A stretch of 57,965 nucleotides of DNA from a virus. Lineage: Duplodnaviria > Caudoviricetes. The translations under genes and the position numbers were made by a program. The notes beneath the pieces were generated by a model that was given only the letters and a program-made list of their open reading frames with translations, made no database searches and had not been told where the DNA came from. This document shows positions 47,489-57,965 of this stretch, in pieces. Position 1 is the stretch's first letter. Each line of letters begins with the position of its first letter. Location: IMG/VR virus record IMGVR_UViG_3300028398_000001, positions 1 through 57,965 of that record; one strand, 5' to 3'.

Positions 47489-48136
47489 CTAACTATATAT
47501 TTCAATTCCAGCTATTGTAAAACTTTCTCCATCAGAGGCAGAGTAATCAGAACCAAAATCTATGTATCCAACAATGACTTTATCTGGATGGGTATTATCA
47601 TATATTATTGCTCCAGGTGTTGGTCCAATATTACCACCACTTGCTGTCCATACAATATTTGGATAATCATATTTAAAGCTTTCTTCAACAACTGTTACAG
47701 CCCCAAGAGTTTTACTATTTTGTGTATAGCCATTTCCTGCAGGTAATTCATCATCAGTTGTTAAAACTGCAGATGTTCCATTTTCATCTACTAAATTGTC
47801 TGCTACTCGAATACTCTGTGCATAAACACCTGTAATAGTCGTTGTAATGTTATTGCTGGATGTAGAAGATATTGTTAATTTATTTCCGTATGTAAATCCA
47901 ATATCAATAAAATTTACAGAACTATCTGTGGTAGTAATGGTATTATTACTTGATGTAAAACTTAAATTTGAATTACCTGTATAAGTTGTCTTTATATTCT
48001 TCAAATAAGAATGTAAATTATACTGAAAATTAAATCCGTGCCTCATAAGTAAAATTCTTAACTCATCAGAAGTTAAATTAACTGTTCCTTTAAGTGTTTC
48101 AAAATTGAACCTTTTTGATAATGTAGATATAGCCAT
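47489..48136 (-). CDS. Virion structural protein
   Basis: T/S-rich beta protein; WTASGGNIGP..AIIYD..GYIDFG. Confidence 0.6.
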   Translation of the reverse strand: MAISTLSKRFNFETLKGTVNLTSDELRILLMRHGFNFQYNLHSYLKNIKTTYTGNSNLSFTSSNNTITTTDSSVNFIDIGFTYGNKLTISSTSSNNITTTITGVYAQSIRVADNLVDENGTSAVLTTDDELPAGNGYTQNSKTLGAVTVVEESFKYDYPNIVWTASGGNIGPTPGAIIYDNTHPDKVIVGYIDFGSDYSASDGESFTIAGIEIYS

Positions 48137-48145
48137 TTTTACCTC

Positions 48146-49414
48146 CTAAAAAGATATTGTTAAAGTAGTTGGTTTATTAAACTTGCCTTTGTCTTTTCCA
48201 TGACCACCAATTATCCTAAATAGATTATTAGTATCAAAATCATAAATGTAAAGTTTATCCATATTAGTAAACAAAATATAATAGAATTTTTCTGTTTCAG
48301 AATTAAGTATGTATTTCATAAATATATCAAACACATTTATTTGAGTTGTTAATGTAGTAGCATGGTCTTTGTTTGATATTTGGGCTTTTACTGTAAAAAC
48401 ACCAGTCTTATTATATATGTGGGATGCACTTTCACCAAAGTAATGAGACCCATCACCAAAATCCCAAGTTACCGCAATGTTTTTATATGTAGATAGTATT
48501 AAATCAAAATTAACTTTTAATGGTATAAATCCAACATCCACTGATGGAACAATTACACCAAACAGTAAATCTGTAACTTTATCTATTAAAATTTGATTAA
48601 AATTAATATATCTTTTTAATTCAAAACTATTAGTGTTTATTACCTTATTATCAAAATCCAATAAACCAAATGATAGCTTATTACCAATTTTAAATATTGT
48701 ATCAATTATAACTTGCTGAACTGTTTGGGCAGTTATTTTATTTTCAAAATTAAATATACCTTTAATTATGTCTCTATGATTATGAGTTCTATTATATTTT
48801 ATATAATTATTAAATTCAAAATAGTATTTTTTAAATTCAGGTTTTTTATTTGAGATATAAATTTCAACACTTGAAACTGAACTTAATCCATGATTATCAA
48901 TAACAGTTAATGTAACTGTATAATAGCCATAATTACTATAGCTATGTGTAACAATATGACCCTCTGCAGTTGAACCATCTCCAAAATCCCATTGATATGT
49001 ATAATTTTCATCATATAATCCAGCTTCAAATGTAATTTTATTATTTACTAAATTAACAAATGAGCTAACGCTTATTTTTGATACAGGTGGTGAATTAGGC
49101 AATTTAGGTTTTTCTATAACATTTATAGATATATTAATTATATAATTAAATCCAGATATATTTGCGATTATTTTAATATAATATTTACCAGATTTATCTG
49201 GAATAAATGAACAAACTTTTCCTTCCCCAATTTGTATTTCATATATATCATCTTCATATTTTAAAAACCAATTGTAATTGATACCATTTGGTGCAATTGT
49301 TTCAATTATACTCATATATACTAAATCATTCTTATATATCACATTTGGTAATATTTTAACTTTTATTTTAAAATCTTTGCTTAATTCAATGTAGTCTATA
49401 TAACCTATAGCCAT
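48146..49414 (-). CDS. PKD-domain protein with C-terminal NHL-like fragment
   Basis: Two WDFGDG..H.Y..G.(Y/F)TV PKD motifs; GGHGKDKGKFNKP. Confidence 0.85.
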   Translation of the reverse strand: MAIGYIDYIELSKDFKIKVKILPNVIYKNDLVYMSIIETIAPNGINYNWFLKYEDDIYEIQIGEGKVCSFIPDKSGKYYIKIIANISGFNYIINISINVIEKPKLPNSPPVSKISVSSFVNLVNNKITFEAGLYDENYTYQWDFGDGSTAEGHIVTHSYSNYGYYTVTLTVIDNHGLSSVSSVEIYISNKKPEFKKYYFEFNNYIKYNRTHNHRDIIKGIFNFENKITAQTVQQVIIDTIFKIGNKLSFGLLDFDNKVINTNSFELKRYINFNQILIDKVTDLLFGVIVPSVDVGFIPLKVNFDLILSTYKNIAVTWDFGDGSHYFGESASHIYNKTGVFTVKAQISNKDHATTLTTQINVFDIFMKYILNSETEKFYYILFTNMDKLYIYDFDTNNLFRIIGGHGKDKGKFNKPTTLTISF

Positions 49415-49429
49415 TTTATCATAAATCTC

Positions 49430-51922
49430 CTATTCTGCATCATCATCCTCACCTTCATCATTATCACCTTCATATTTAGTGAATGCAAAAAATCTACCCT
49501 TAATACTTACAATTCTATTATCATAAGCATCATAATAATTCATATCATTGTCAATTGGTATAAAATATTTATGTATTATCTTCTTTTCATCAATATTTAT
49601 TCCAAGTATTTCGGAAGAATTATATTTATATGATACAAATGATACTAAAATAATATTTGAATTAACAAAAACGGCATCTAAATATGATTGAAATACATAA
49701 TCTGTAGTATAGCTATCTTCTGCTAAATCAATAGTAAATTCATCTATCTTATTAGCTGTATCTAAATCATATACTATTATATGTATATCTTTATATATAT
49801 TAAATGAATTATTACCTAAATCTTCCACATCAATAGCTACAACAACTATTTTTTTATATTTAACAGAAAGTAAAATTTTATAATCCTCTGCGGGTGGATA
49901 TATGCTATCTAAATTAAACAATACATTATTTGAAATTTCATTAACTTCATTATTATATGTTAGTGAAAATTTATTTAAATAAATAAATGGTTGAGAATTA
50001 CCAACTTCATAAATTGAATAAAATTCATTATTTTGATAGTAATCAAGTGCCAAAGGTGTATAATCAGGTAAGAATAAAAATTCTTGATTTTCTATATCAA
50101 TAACCAACAATTTAAAGTTATTTACAGTAATTACATATTTATTATTAATTTTATTAAAAAATAAAGATGAAACTACAGCACTACCCAGGTCATCAATAAT
50201 TTCATAATTGTCTGGAAAATATGATGATTTTATATCACTAACATCATCATTTAAAGGATAAACTTCAATAACATTATTTTGGTTATTAACATCAGTAATA
50301 TATATAGTATCCATATCATAAAAATTAAATAATTTATTATCAAATTGATATTCAATTGAATATTGATACAAATAGTTCTCATCTAAATTTTCAATAAAAT
50401 TAAAATTACCTACTAAAATTGATTTTGCGGGGGTATTATTTTGATAATCAATAATAACTCTTTTATATTTTTGTTCAAAACGGTAATTAAATAAGCTATT
50501 ATCTTCTATTCTAACTTTAATACCAGTCTTTAAGTTAACAAGATAGTCATTATATACCATAGAATAACCACTTAAGAATGAATAATCTATAATAATATAA
50601 TCTGGTTCAGTATAGTTTAGCACAAAATCATCTTCTGTAAAATCAGCTACTGGATTAATAACTTGACCTAATGTTTTGATTTTACTTAAATCAAAACTAA
50701 AATTAAAAATTTTCGTAGCATAATTTTCTTTGCTGGTAATTAAAATATTTGCTTTTAATAAAGTTTTATTTATTTGATTTTTTACTATAGTAACAGTAGT
50801 TTCAGTATCTAAAGTATCAAAAGTTTTGGATAATCCATCACTAAATTTTAATATAGCCTTATAAGAGCTATTTGCTACTATTTTTAATCTAAAAATAGCT
50901 TTCGTTGAGAATAATGCCAACAAATCAAGACTACATTTTACATAAAATACAAATTTTTGTTTTTTTGGAGGTGTATAATTATCACAATAATTTCCCCAGC
51001 ACCATTCATCCAGTAAATAATGTCTTTGATTATTATCTGATGAATATTCAGGTTTAAATACTTGGTTTTCATTTGTAGTGTCATTCTTTTCAGCAAAGGG
51101 GTCATAATCAAGTGATTGATTTATATCTTTTCTAAATGCATCAAAATCAGTCTCCTTAAAAAGGTCTTCCCTATTATAATCTTCTTGGTAATTAGTTATT
51201 GAATAAGGATTTGTCTCGTCTTTATAATAATCTATAATTTGTTTTTTATAATCATGCACTATAGCAGCATAGTTAATTTTATCCTGTGAACCTTCTTTAT
51301 ATATATCATCCAAAGTATATACAATAGGACCACTATCATTCCATCCTGGTTGAGTAATTATAATATAATTATTTTGTAAAACATCTTTTGAAAATTTTTT
51401 AGCTTGTTTAATTAAATCATTATAATATCCAGCATTATTATCTGTTGAATATATTATATCTCCACTTGCTAATTTAACTCCCATAGAAGAAGAATTATCA
51501 TCATTTGTATATGTATTCAAAACAGATAATCCATCTTTACTTTCTATTTCCTCTGCTATATATGTCAAACTATGATTTAGAAAAACTAATTGTGCATCAC
51601 TTATATTATTTACTTTTCTATATTTTTTAAAAATAATCTGGTTCATACAACGGGCAGTTCCTGAATAAGTGCATTTAAATTCATCACTATCAACAGTTGT
51701 TATACTTTTGTCAACAACAAGGTCATCACTATTTATATCAACATGAACCATACAATGGTCAGGCATACCATTTGCCCATTGTGAACCCCATCTACAAAAA
51801 TAAAATGTATCAAATGCACCGAATTCACATCCAAAATAACTTAATTGGTCAACTGACACTTTATATTTATAGATATCAGAAGGTGCATACAGGTATTTAT
51901 ATTGAGCAATAGGCATAGACAT
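49430..51922 (-). CDS. Large acidic beta-rich hypothetical virion protein
   Basis: 830 aa, Y/D/N-rich, in the tail block. Confidence 0.6.
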   Translation of the reverse strand: MSMPIAQYKYLYAPSDIYKYKVSVDQLSYFGCEFGAFDTFYFCRWGSQWANGMPDHCMVHVDINSDDLVVDKSITTVDSDEFKCTYSGTARCMNQIIFKKYRKVNNISDAQLVFLNHSLTYIAEEIESKDGLSVLNTYTNDDNSSSMGVKLASGDIIYSTDNNAGYYNDLIKQAKKFSKDVLQNNYIIITQPGWNDSGPIVYTLDDIYKEGSQDKINYAAIVHDYKKQIIDYYKDETNPYSITNYQEDYNREDLFKETDFDAFRKDINQSLDYDPFAEKNDTTNENQVFKPEYSSDNNQRHYLLDEWCWGNYCDNYTPPKKQKFVFYVKCSLDLLALFSTKAIFRLKIVANSSYKAILKFSDGLSKTFDTLDTETTVTIVKNQINKTLLKANILITSKENYATKIFNFSFDLSKIKTLGQVINPVADFTEDDFVLNYTEPDYIIIDYSFLSGYSMVYNDYLVNLKTGIKVRIEDNSLFNYRFEQKYKRVIIDYQNNTPAKSILVGNFNFIENLDENYLYQYSIEYQFDNKLFNFYDMDTIYITDVNNQNNVIEVYPLNDDVSDIKSSYFPDNYEIIDDLGSAVVSSLFFNKINNKYVITVNNFKLLVIDIENQEFLFLPDYTPLALDYYQNNEFYSIYEVGNSQPFIYLNKFSLTYNNEVNEISNNVLFNLDSIYPPAEDYKILLSVKYKKIVVVAIDVEDLGNNSFNIYKDIHIIVYDLDTANKIDEFTIDLAEDSYTTDYVFQSYLDAVFVNSNIILVSFVSYKYNSSEILGINIDEKKIIHKYFIPIDNDMNYYDAYDNRIVSIKGRFFAFTKYEGDNDEGEDDDAE

Positions 51923-51923
51923 A

Positions 51924-53972
51924 TTACTTACCTACAAAAAAACAAACACCGTTTAATCTGTTCCAAATAGTTCCATCCTCCTTTTTAGGAGTTTCCAATT
52001 TCAGTCTATTACCATTTTTATCAAAAAGCAACCATATTCTATCAGGTATGGTATTAAATTTACCATCTGAACTATAGGGAAATGGATAATCATCAGAATA
52101 TTCAAAATATGGTATGTATATAATTTCATGCCCATTCATATTGTAGGCATATTTTACTTCTTTTAATTGGTGTCTTACTGATATAGGAAATACATCTATA
52201 CTAAAGAAGAAATAATCATCATCGGCATCCATAAATTCTCTTATTAAAGCATAGTTATTTTCATTTGTAGGATTACCAAAGTAATCATATCCAAAATTAG
52301 CAGTTGGGGGATTTAAATTATATAAATTATATATCTCTTTTAAATTATCAATAATATATTGATATTCTTCTTGGGTGTGGTCTTTAATATTTGGTATTAA
52401 AGTTAGTTCTCTTAATGTTGCATTGTAAGGAAATACATATTCACTACCATTTACATTTAAAATTACTTCAATTTTTGATATAATTTCAACACCATACATT
52501 TTATTAGCACCAGTCCCATACATAGTATAGTAGTCAGTATCATAAAACTTTATGTCAGAAAAAGTTGCTTTTCTATATAATGCAACATCAAAAGATTTAT
52601 TATGAAAGCTATTTACTAAATTAAATATTTCTGGAAATATAACTATACCATTTACTTTGGAGCTTTCAATATTTTCAATGGGACTATTATTAGGTATAAC
52701 AGTGCTTTTCTGACCTGTATCTGCAATTAATTTAGAATTGCAAAATAATTTATATCTATAACTATTTATATAGTCATTACTATCTTTATTTACCTCAACT
52801 TCAATATAGTCCATTCCATTTTCAGTAAGCTTATAAGGAATAATAAAATTATTATTTAAATGTTTCAAAGAAGTGCATTCGGATAATTTTAATGTTCCAT
52901 CAGGGTTTATTTGATAATTACACCAAAATTGATTTGTTTGAGATTTCCTATATTTACAAAAATTATTTAAACTACATCTTTTATATTCTGATACTTTAGT
53001 ATCATTATTATAAATATCAGTAGATATAAATGTATTTACAATCCGTAATTGTGTATCAACACCCTCAACATTATATACAATGTATTTAGTATCATTTTTA
53101 TTTTTATAAAAATATCCTAATATCTCATTACCTAAATAGTTATTTTTCTTTATAAGTGATAATTCACCACTTTTGATATTTTTTGATAAAATATCTGATT
53201 GTATATTAAAATCATCCAAGAAACTTATATTGTATAATGTCCTGTAATTAATAACTCCATTAGCATCAATACTATCTGTAATCATAAAACTGAATATAAT
53301 TGAATTATCTTCATATTTACATATTGTATCAGCAAATAAACCTTTAGAAAAAATACCACTATAATTAGACAAAAATGGTCCACAATATTTTATATGGTAA
53401 ATATAATTTGTAGATGTATCGGTTTCTTCATTATATAAAGAACAGTCTAAATGTGAACTCATATTCACTATATATTCATTCTCAAAATTTTGTGATGGTA
53501 TATATCTTAATGTAGAACCATATAATTTTTTAGCAGAAATACCATTAGAGGGAGCAGGTATTTTCCAATCAGTAGTTGAATTTGTATTACAAGTTTGTAG
53601 CAAGCTATTTTGGTCAAAAGCAACTGCTGAATTTATATACCCATCATCTATCAAAGTATATGGTATCTCTGTTTCATCTATTTCATTAAGTTTATTACCT
53701 TCTATTTTATAGAATTTTTTGAAAGAATATGCAGTTGTAATACCAACATAAGCTATTATGTAGAGTGTTTCTTCACTACCATATAGCTCTATTATATCAT
53801 CATATCTGTTTGATTTTATTTTTATTTTTATATCATCATTTAAAATAAAAGTCCTAACAAGATTATCAGTCTTTAATAACTTTTTTAAAGATTTAACAAG
53901 GGATAGCTTTTGTTTTGCCATCCCTATATATTTACTTAATGTATCGATATCACCGAAGAATTTAATATGCAT
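51924..53972 (-). CDS. Hypothetical virion protein
   Basis: 682 aa, in the tail block. Confidence 0.6.
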   Translation of the reverse strand: MHIKFFGDIDTLSKYIGMAKQKLSLVKSLKKLLKTDNLVRTFILNDDIKIKIKSNRYDDIIELYGSEETLYIIAYVGITTAYSFKKFYKIEGNKLNEIDETEIPYTLIDDGYINSAVAFDQNSLLQTCNTNSTTDWKIPAPSNGISAKKLYGSTLRYIPSQNFENEYIVNMSSHLDCSLYNEETDTSTNYIYHIKYCGPFLSNYSGIFSKGLFADTICKYEDNSIIFSFMITDSIDANGVINYRTLYNISFLDDFNIQSDILSKNIKSGELSLIKKNNYLGNEILGYFYKNKNDTKYIVYNVEGVDTQLRIVNTFISTDIYNNDTKVSEYKRCSLNNFCKYRKSQTNQFWCNYQINPDGTLKLSECTSLKHLNNNFIIPYKLTENGMDYIEVEVNKDSNDYINSYRYKLFCNSKLIADTGQKSTVIPNNSPIENIESSKVNGIVIFPEIFNLVNSFHNKSFDVALYRKATFSDIKFYDTDYYTMYGTGANKMYGVEIISKIEVILNVNGSEYVFPYNATLRELTLIPNIKDHTQEEYQYIIDNLKEIYNLYNLNPPTANFGYDYFGNPTNENNYALIREFMDADDDYFFFSIDVFPISVRHQLKEVKYAYNMNGHEIIYIPYFEYSDDYPFPYSSDGKFNTIPDRIWLLFDKNGNRLKLETPKKEDGTIWNRLNGVCFFVGK

Positions 53973-53975
53973 TTA

Positions 53976-54752
53976 TTATTGCAATGGTATATCCAAACTT
54001 GCAAAATCTATTGTTTGTGTAGCACCTTCATTAAAGTTTGTAGAAGTTACTAACATATCTGCATTTGAAGTTCCTATAGTTCCTTGTAATCTGGGCATTA
54101 TAGAACTTTGTAATCCATTGTCACTTGCCATTTGAATTCTAAAATAACCAGCAATTCCTGATGCTACACAAACCCCTGACCAAGTTTCACTTGGGTCTTT
54201 TTTAAGCATTCCAGAAGTGCTATCATAAATAAAATGCAATCCATTATAACTGGAAACAACTTCGGAAACTGTTATATTAGTTGTTGTAGAAACATTAAAT
54301 TTGTAATTTGTTAAATTACTTTCAATTGTTATAGACCCTGTATCAGAGGATAAATCTGTAATGGTATAATTTAAATACATATTTTTTGCTTCAATATGTA
54401 ATCCTGTATCTAAATCATCTCCACATAATTTCTTAAGAGCAGATGTTAACTTTGCAGTTATAGCATTTTTATCATCGCCAGTTTGAGCTGTATAGGATAC
54501 ATAATTACCATTTATACCTACTCTATATTCATTCCCTGCTGTAACATCATTTAGAGTTAGCTGATACTTCTGTTTAGTTACTTCTGTTTTACTTTCTTTA
54601 GTAATGGTGACTAACAGTGTTCCAGAAGCTCCATCATCAGCAGAATTAGGTGGAACACCTGTATATATTTTTATTACGAAATCTGAAAAAATATCCTTAA
54701 GACCTGCATTATCCAATAGAAATTTTTTAGCTCCTGTAGATAACTGTATCAT
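53976..54752 (-). CDS. Virion structural protein
   Basis: LSTG, IYTG.PP.SAD, W.G..SG.AGYFR, RLQG.IGTS. Confidence 0.6.
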   Translation of the reverse strand: MIQLSTGAKKFLLDNAGLKDIFSDFVIKIYTGVPPNSADDGASGTLLVTITKESKTEVTKQKYQLTLNDVTAGNEYRVGINGNYVSYTAQTGDDKNAITAKLTSALKKLCGDDLDTGLHIEAKNMYLNYTITDLSSDTGSITIESNLTNYKFNVSTTTNITVSEVVSSYNGLHFIYDSTSGMLKKDPSETWSGVCVASGIAGYFRIQMASDNGLQSSIMPRLQGTIGTSNADMLVTSTNFNEGATQTIDFASLDIPLQ

Positions 54753-54761
54753 TTTTCCTCC

Positions 54762-55673
54762 TTATAATAGATATATTAATTTATTTTCACTATTTATTGA
54801 AGTAGTCCTTCCATAAGGTATTTTGCCATATCTACCATCGGCAATATTAAAAATTCTACCATTGTTTAAACCACAGAATATACCATCAGTAGTTAAGAAA
54901 AATACAGCAAACTGCTCACCTGAAGTATAGGAGTTTATAATCTGTTTTATATTTAGCTCATCAGAAATGGCTTGAGTATTTAATTTTACCATACTATTTG
55001 GCAAAACTTTTATATGAGCTATGTGCACTTTTTCAAATTCATCTGGCTTTGTTCCTCTTAAGAAAAACAAATCATCCACAGTTGATACATAAATACCATT
55101 ATTTATAGATTTTAAATTAGTAATTATAGAACCAAAACCTATATATCCAAATGGTATTTTTACTTGATGAAATTTCATAACATTAGAAAAATATAAATAA
55201 TCATAAACTGCAGAGTATAATCTTCCTCTAAATACTTCAATGATATTACCCGCAGGAATTTTAACATTATATTTATCTATCTGATAAGTATCAAAATCCT
55301 TAAAATCATTATTTATGATATTTCCTATTCTATGTCCATCTGATACAAAAATCCTATCATAATACTCTGCAAAGCTAACAAAATCATTTCTAAAACCAGA
55401 GGTTATTATTTCATAGTCAAGATTATCATTTATTATCCTTACTAAATTTCCATTTGATATAGCATAGAGAATGCCTTTTTCTGATTTAAAAAAGTTAGAG
55501 AAAGTATTATCACTTATTTTAACAGGAGAACTAATTGAAGTTACTTTTCCAGTATCGTTTATATCTACATTAATAGCTTTAGCAAGTTCATTATCCTTTA
55601 TAAAACGGGGGTCTTGTAAATTATTTAGACCTATAAATCCTGAATATTCAGCAATTTTTATAGGACTGCTCAA
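54762..55673 (-). CDS. Probable tail nozzle/stabilisation protein
   Basis: F.GLNN, A.NVDI..G, FRGRLY, LYFS beta-propeller-like pattern. Confidence 0.55.
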   Translation of the reverse strand: MSSPIKIAEYSGFIGLNNLQDPRFIKDNELAKAINVDINDTGKVTSISSPVKISDNTFSNFFKSEKGILYAISNGNLVRIINDNLDYEIITSGFRNDFVSFAEYYDRIFVSDGHRIGNIINNDFKDFDTYQIDKYNVKIPAGNIIEVFRGRLYSAVYDYLYFSNVMKFHQVKIPFGYIGFGSIITNLKSINNGIYVSTVDDLFFLRGTKPDEFEKVHIAHIKVLPNSMVKLNTQAISDELNIKQIINSYTSGEQFAVFFLTTDGIFCGLNNGRIFNIADGRYGKIPYGRTTSINSENKLIYLL

Positions 55674-55895
55674 TTAGCTACCTTTCTTTTTACCCTTATG
55701 TTTAAATTTATGCTTGGCGTTATCAGCAAAAGTTGCCATCCTTACAACATGTGTATCTTTGGAATTTTTACCTGCTGCTATGCAAGCATCAGTAACTCCG
55801 CCAAAACCGTGTGATTTACACCATTTAGTAAATAAACCTTTATGAGCAGGATTTAGACCAAAGCCTTTCTTTTTATTCGTTGAACGCTTCTTCAA
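55674..55895 (-). CDS. Small basic hypothetical protein
   Basis: 73 aa, K/H/G-rich. Confidence 0.65.
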   Translation of the reverse strand: MKKRSTNKKKGFGLNPAHKGLFTKWCKSHGFGGVTDACIAAGKNSKDTHVVRMATFADNAKHKFKHKGKKKGS

Positions 55896-56115
55896 ATTCG
55901 TCCTCCTCTGTATCAGCTTTTGGCATTGAATTTAAAAGTTTTCCGAGTTTAGTTTTTAGTTCCTCAACATCGGAAGCAGTTATTATCTTTTCATCATATC
56001 TTGGATAAACTTCTGCTTCATTTTTACCCTTATTCTTTTTCCGTTTTACTTTATATTGGATGATAAATGTATTATCAGTGCCTTTTGTAATGGATATTTC
56101 AGGTTCAATATACAT
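55873..56115 (-). CDS. Small hypothetical protein
   Basis: 80 aa, RBS AGGAGG. Confidence 0.65.
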   Translation of the reverse strand: MYIEPEISITKGTDNTFIIQYKVKRKKNKGKNEAEVYPRYDEKIITASDVEELKTKLGKLLNSMPKADTEEDEFEEAFNE

Positions 56116-56126
56116 TATAAACCTCC

Positions 56127-56768
56127 TTAAGGAAATCCAAATCTTTTAGTGCTTGCCATAACTGTATGAACATTACCTCCAAATTTTTCCCTACGCATAG
56201 CTTTAAGAGTTCTATTTTCTCCAAATTTACTATTGAACATTGCCAAAAATTCCGCAGCTTTTTGCATATCAGAAACATCCAAATCTTGTTTTAAAAGAGC
56301 ATTCCCAGCTATATAATAAGCCAAATACTTTTGATATTTTTCTGGTATCTCAAAACTAACAGTTGTTTGAGGATACACTGATGCAATCAATTTCACTTCA
56401 TAATCTCTGTCTGGAATAGGATAAAATATAATGCTACTATCGTCTATAAATGAGTATTCTACAGGAAGTCCTTTAGCATTATAATGCTCTATGTTAGCAA
56501 GGTTAACCTGCAAAATCTCATAAGTAGAATTCTGATAGTTTACAAACATTCTAATAGGTTTAATAATATCATCAGATAAAGTATAAGTATCCACACCTTC
56601 TTGAGTGTGCAGTATGATGGTTCTTATTATAAGGGATGCTCTTATACAAGCTTCTTTTTCAGCTTCAAGAGCCAAATTAGTTAGAAAATCATCGCTCCAA
56701 AAATAGGGCTCTATGGTATCATCTAAAAAATGCTCTCTTGTGTAATCAACTAATTCTGATACAAGCAT
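56127..56768 (-). CDS. Probable head-tail adaptor protein
   Basis: LDD..P.FWSD..L..A..EA, Y.L, P..Y, YPIPD, EIPE.Y..L.YY pattern. Confidence 0.65.
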   Translation of the reverse strand: MLVSELVDYTREHFLDDTIEPYFWSDDFLTNLALEAEKEACIRASLIIRTIILHTQEGVDTYTLSDDIIKPIRMFVNYQNSTYEILQVNLANIEHYNAKGLPVEYSFIDDSSIIFYPIPDRDYEVKLIASVYPQTTVSFEIPEKYQKYLAYYIAGNALLKQDLDVSDMQKAAEFLAMFNSKFGENRTLKAMRREKFGGNVHTVMASTKRFGFP

Positions 56769-57088
56769 TATGTTTCAGTATTTATTTTTCTTTTGTTCAC
56801 TACCTTATCTCCTTTAGTAGCCTCTCCTAAAACTCTTACAGGAAATCTTTTAACTTTGTAGGAAACAGTATTACCCTTACCATCATATTTATACTTCGTA
56901 TAGATAGCTTCTTCAAGTGCATTCACAACAAAGCCTTCTACTACAACTTCTTGATTTCTTACTATCTGATACTGTTTACCATTAACACCTACAAATACAT
57001 CTGTATTACCATCAACACCACCCTGCTCATCAATAATTATCTTATATAATTTAGTAGGGTCAATTTTCAGTGGTTCATTAGAAGCCAT
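56768..57088 (-). CDS. Hypothetical head-module protein
   Basis: VFVGVNGK.YQI.R..EV.V; follows the capsid gene. Confidence 0.65.
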   Translation of the reverse strand: MASNEPLKIDPTKLYKIIIDEQGGVDGNTDVFVGVNGKQYQIVRNQEVVVEGFVVNALEEAIYTKYKYDGKGNTVSYKVKRFPVRVLGEATKGDKVVNKRKINTET

Positions 57089-57107
57089 AATTTACCTCCA
57101 TTAATTT

Positions 57108-57136
57108 TAAATAAAATAAGGGGGATTAACCCCCTA
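57108..57136 (-). terminator. Intrinsic terminator after the capsid gene
   Basis: AGGGGG-TTAAT-CCCCCT then TATTTTATTT on the - strand. Confidence 0.75.
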
Positions 57137-57140
57137 TATA

Positions 57141-57965
57141 TTAAAGCTCTGTAGCTGCAACTTCAGCAACTGCCATCCAAGCGTCATTTAGAATAACAGC
57201 TGTAGAATAAGTCTTCCAACCCATAAATCCTCTCTGACCTAATGGGTCAGATTTAGATGGTTTAGGATTAATAACTGTAGGTGTAATAGCATTAGCACCT
57301 TTAAGTGCAACTGTAGCAGCTGCATTCTTACCCAAGAAGATTATAGGATAGACATCAGCTTTTGTTCCAGAAGTAGTAATCATACTACCAGCCGTTCCAC
57401 CAGCATCAGGATAAGGCTCAAAGATATTAGAAAGAATAAATCTTACATATCCAACAGAGCCAATTTCACCCTCAAGAGGCTGTGTATTACCATAATCCTT
57501 AACATCAATAAAGCCCTGCAATGCTCTAATATCATTTTCAAGGTCAGTATGTCCAAGAGCAATGTAAGCTGGCAAGATTGCCTGTGTTCCAAATGCTGGA
57601 GTTGATTTTACAATAGAAGTAATCATCTGGGCATTCTGTCTCTTAAGTGCTCTTACAATCTTCTTTACAAGGTTTGCAGAAATAGGAGTATTAACATCAG
57701 CTCTTGTTGCTCCATTAGAATAGAACTTATTAGTGCCTGCAGTTAAAATACCCCATCTTACAGCTTCCAATGTCTGTGCTGCCTGCTCACCTAATATCTG
57801 CACGCCTTCCTGAATGATAGGGTCTTCGTGAGTATCAGCAACTACATCGGAAATCTCAATCAAAGAGCCATACTGCTCTAATGTTGCTGTAATATCAGTC
57901 TTTGTTAACTGCATAGAGTTAGGAGTTACACCCTCTGTCAAAGGTGTAGTAGCAAGAGGCAGAGA
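57141..57965 (-). CDS. Major capsid protein, 3' part (N4-gp56-like)
   Basis: LTEGVTP, QYG, GEQAA, GEIG.V..VRF, SDPLGQRG..GWK. Confidence 0.92.
   Translation of the reverse strand, partial: SLPLATTPLTEGVTPNSMQLTKTDITATLEQYGSLIEISDVVADTHEDPIIQEGVQILGEQAAQTLEAVRWGILTAGTNKFYSNGATRADVNTPISANLVKKIVRALKRQNAQMITSIVKSTPAFGTQAILPAYIALGHTDLENDIRALQGFIDVKDYGNTQPLEGEIGSVGYVRFILSNIFEPYPDAGGTAGSMITTSGTKADVYPIIFLGKNAAATVALKGANAITPTVINPKPSKSDPLGQRGFMGWKTYSTAVILNDAWMAVAEVAATEL
57839..57965. repeat. Terminal 127-bp exact overlap (copy 2)
   Basis: Identical to 1-127. Confidence 0.97.

Noticed and set aside
57839-57965. Biological direct terminal repeat
   Set aside because: It falls mid capsid gene and 127 bp is a common assembler k-mer length, so it is best read as a circular-contig overlap
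1-57965. Stop-codon reassignment
   Set aside because: Standard code gives dense, full-length genes ending in TAA, TAG and TGA

Overview
The window is an apparently complete, AT-rich tailed dsDNA phage genome of 57,838 bp. Bases 1-127 are repeated exactly at 57839-57965, and the junction splits the major capsid gene. There are two opposed gene blocks. The + strand block (about 7.0-31.0 kb) is early/replication: an amidoligase-GATase-amidoligase-GGCT cluster, small early ORFs, an AAA+ ATPase, an iteron-type origin candidate, DnaB, DnaG, SSB, SF2 helicase, RecA-like recombinase, nucleases, SLT, a UDG-fused PolA, RuvC-like, HU-like, two GH108 paralogues, ThyX-like, thioredoxin-like and dCTP deaminase. 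The - strand block is morphogenesis/lysis: TerS/TerL, portal, scaffold, N4-gp56-like capsid, podovirus-like tail and ejection proteins including a 2336-aa HExxH protein, PKD/NHL/Kelch adhesin-like proteins, holin and spanins. A largely non-coding divergence region at about 5.3-7.0 kb holds several repeat arrays and sigma70 promoters. I saw no integrase, tRNA, CRISPR array or reverse transcriptase. Spanin-like genes and TTGACA promoters suggest a diderm sigma70 host (inference). All family calls come from motifs read by eye, not database searches. The best candidate for an uncharacterised system is the early gamma-glutamyl ligation/removal cluster at 7343-10161.
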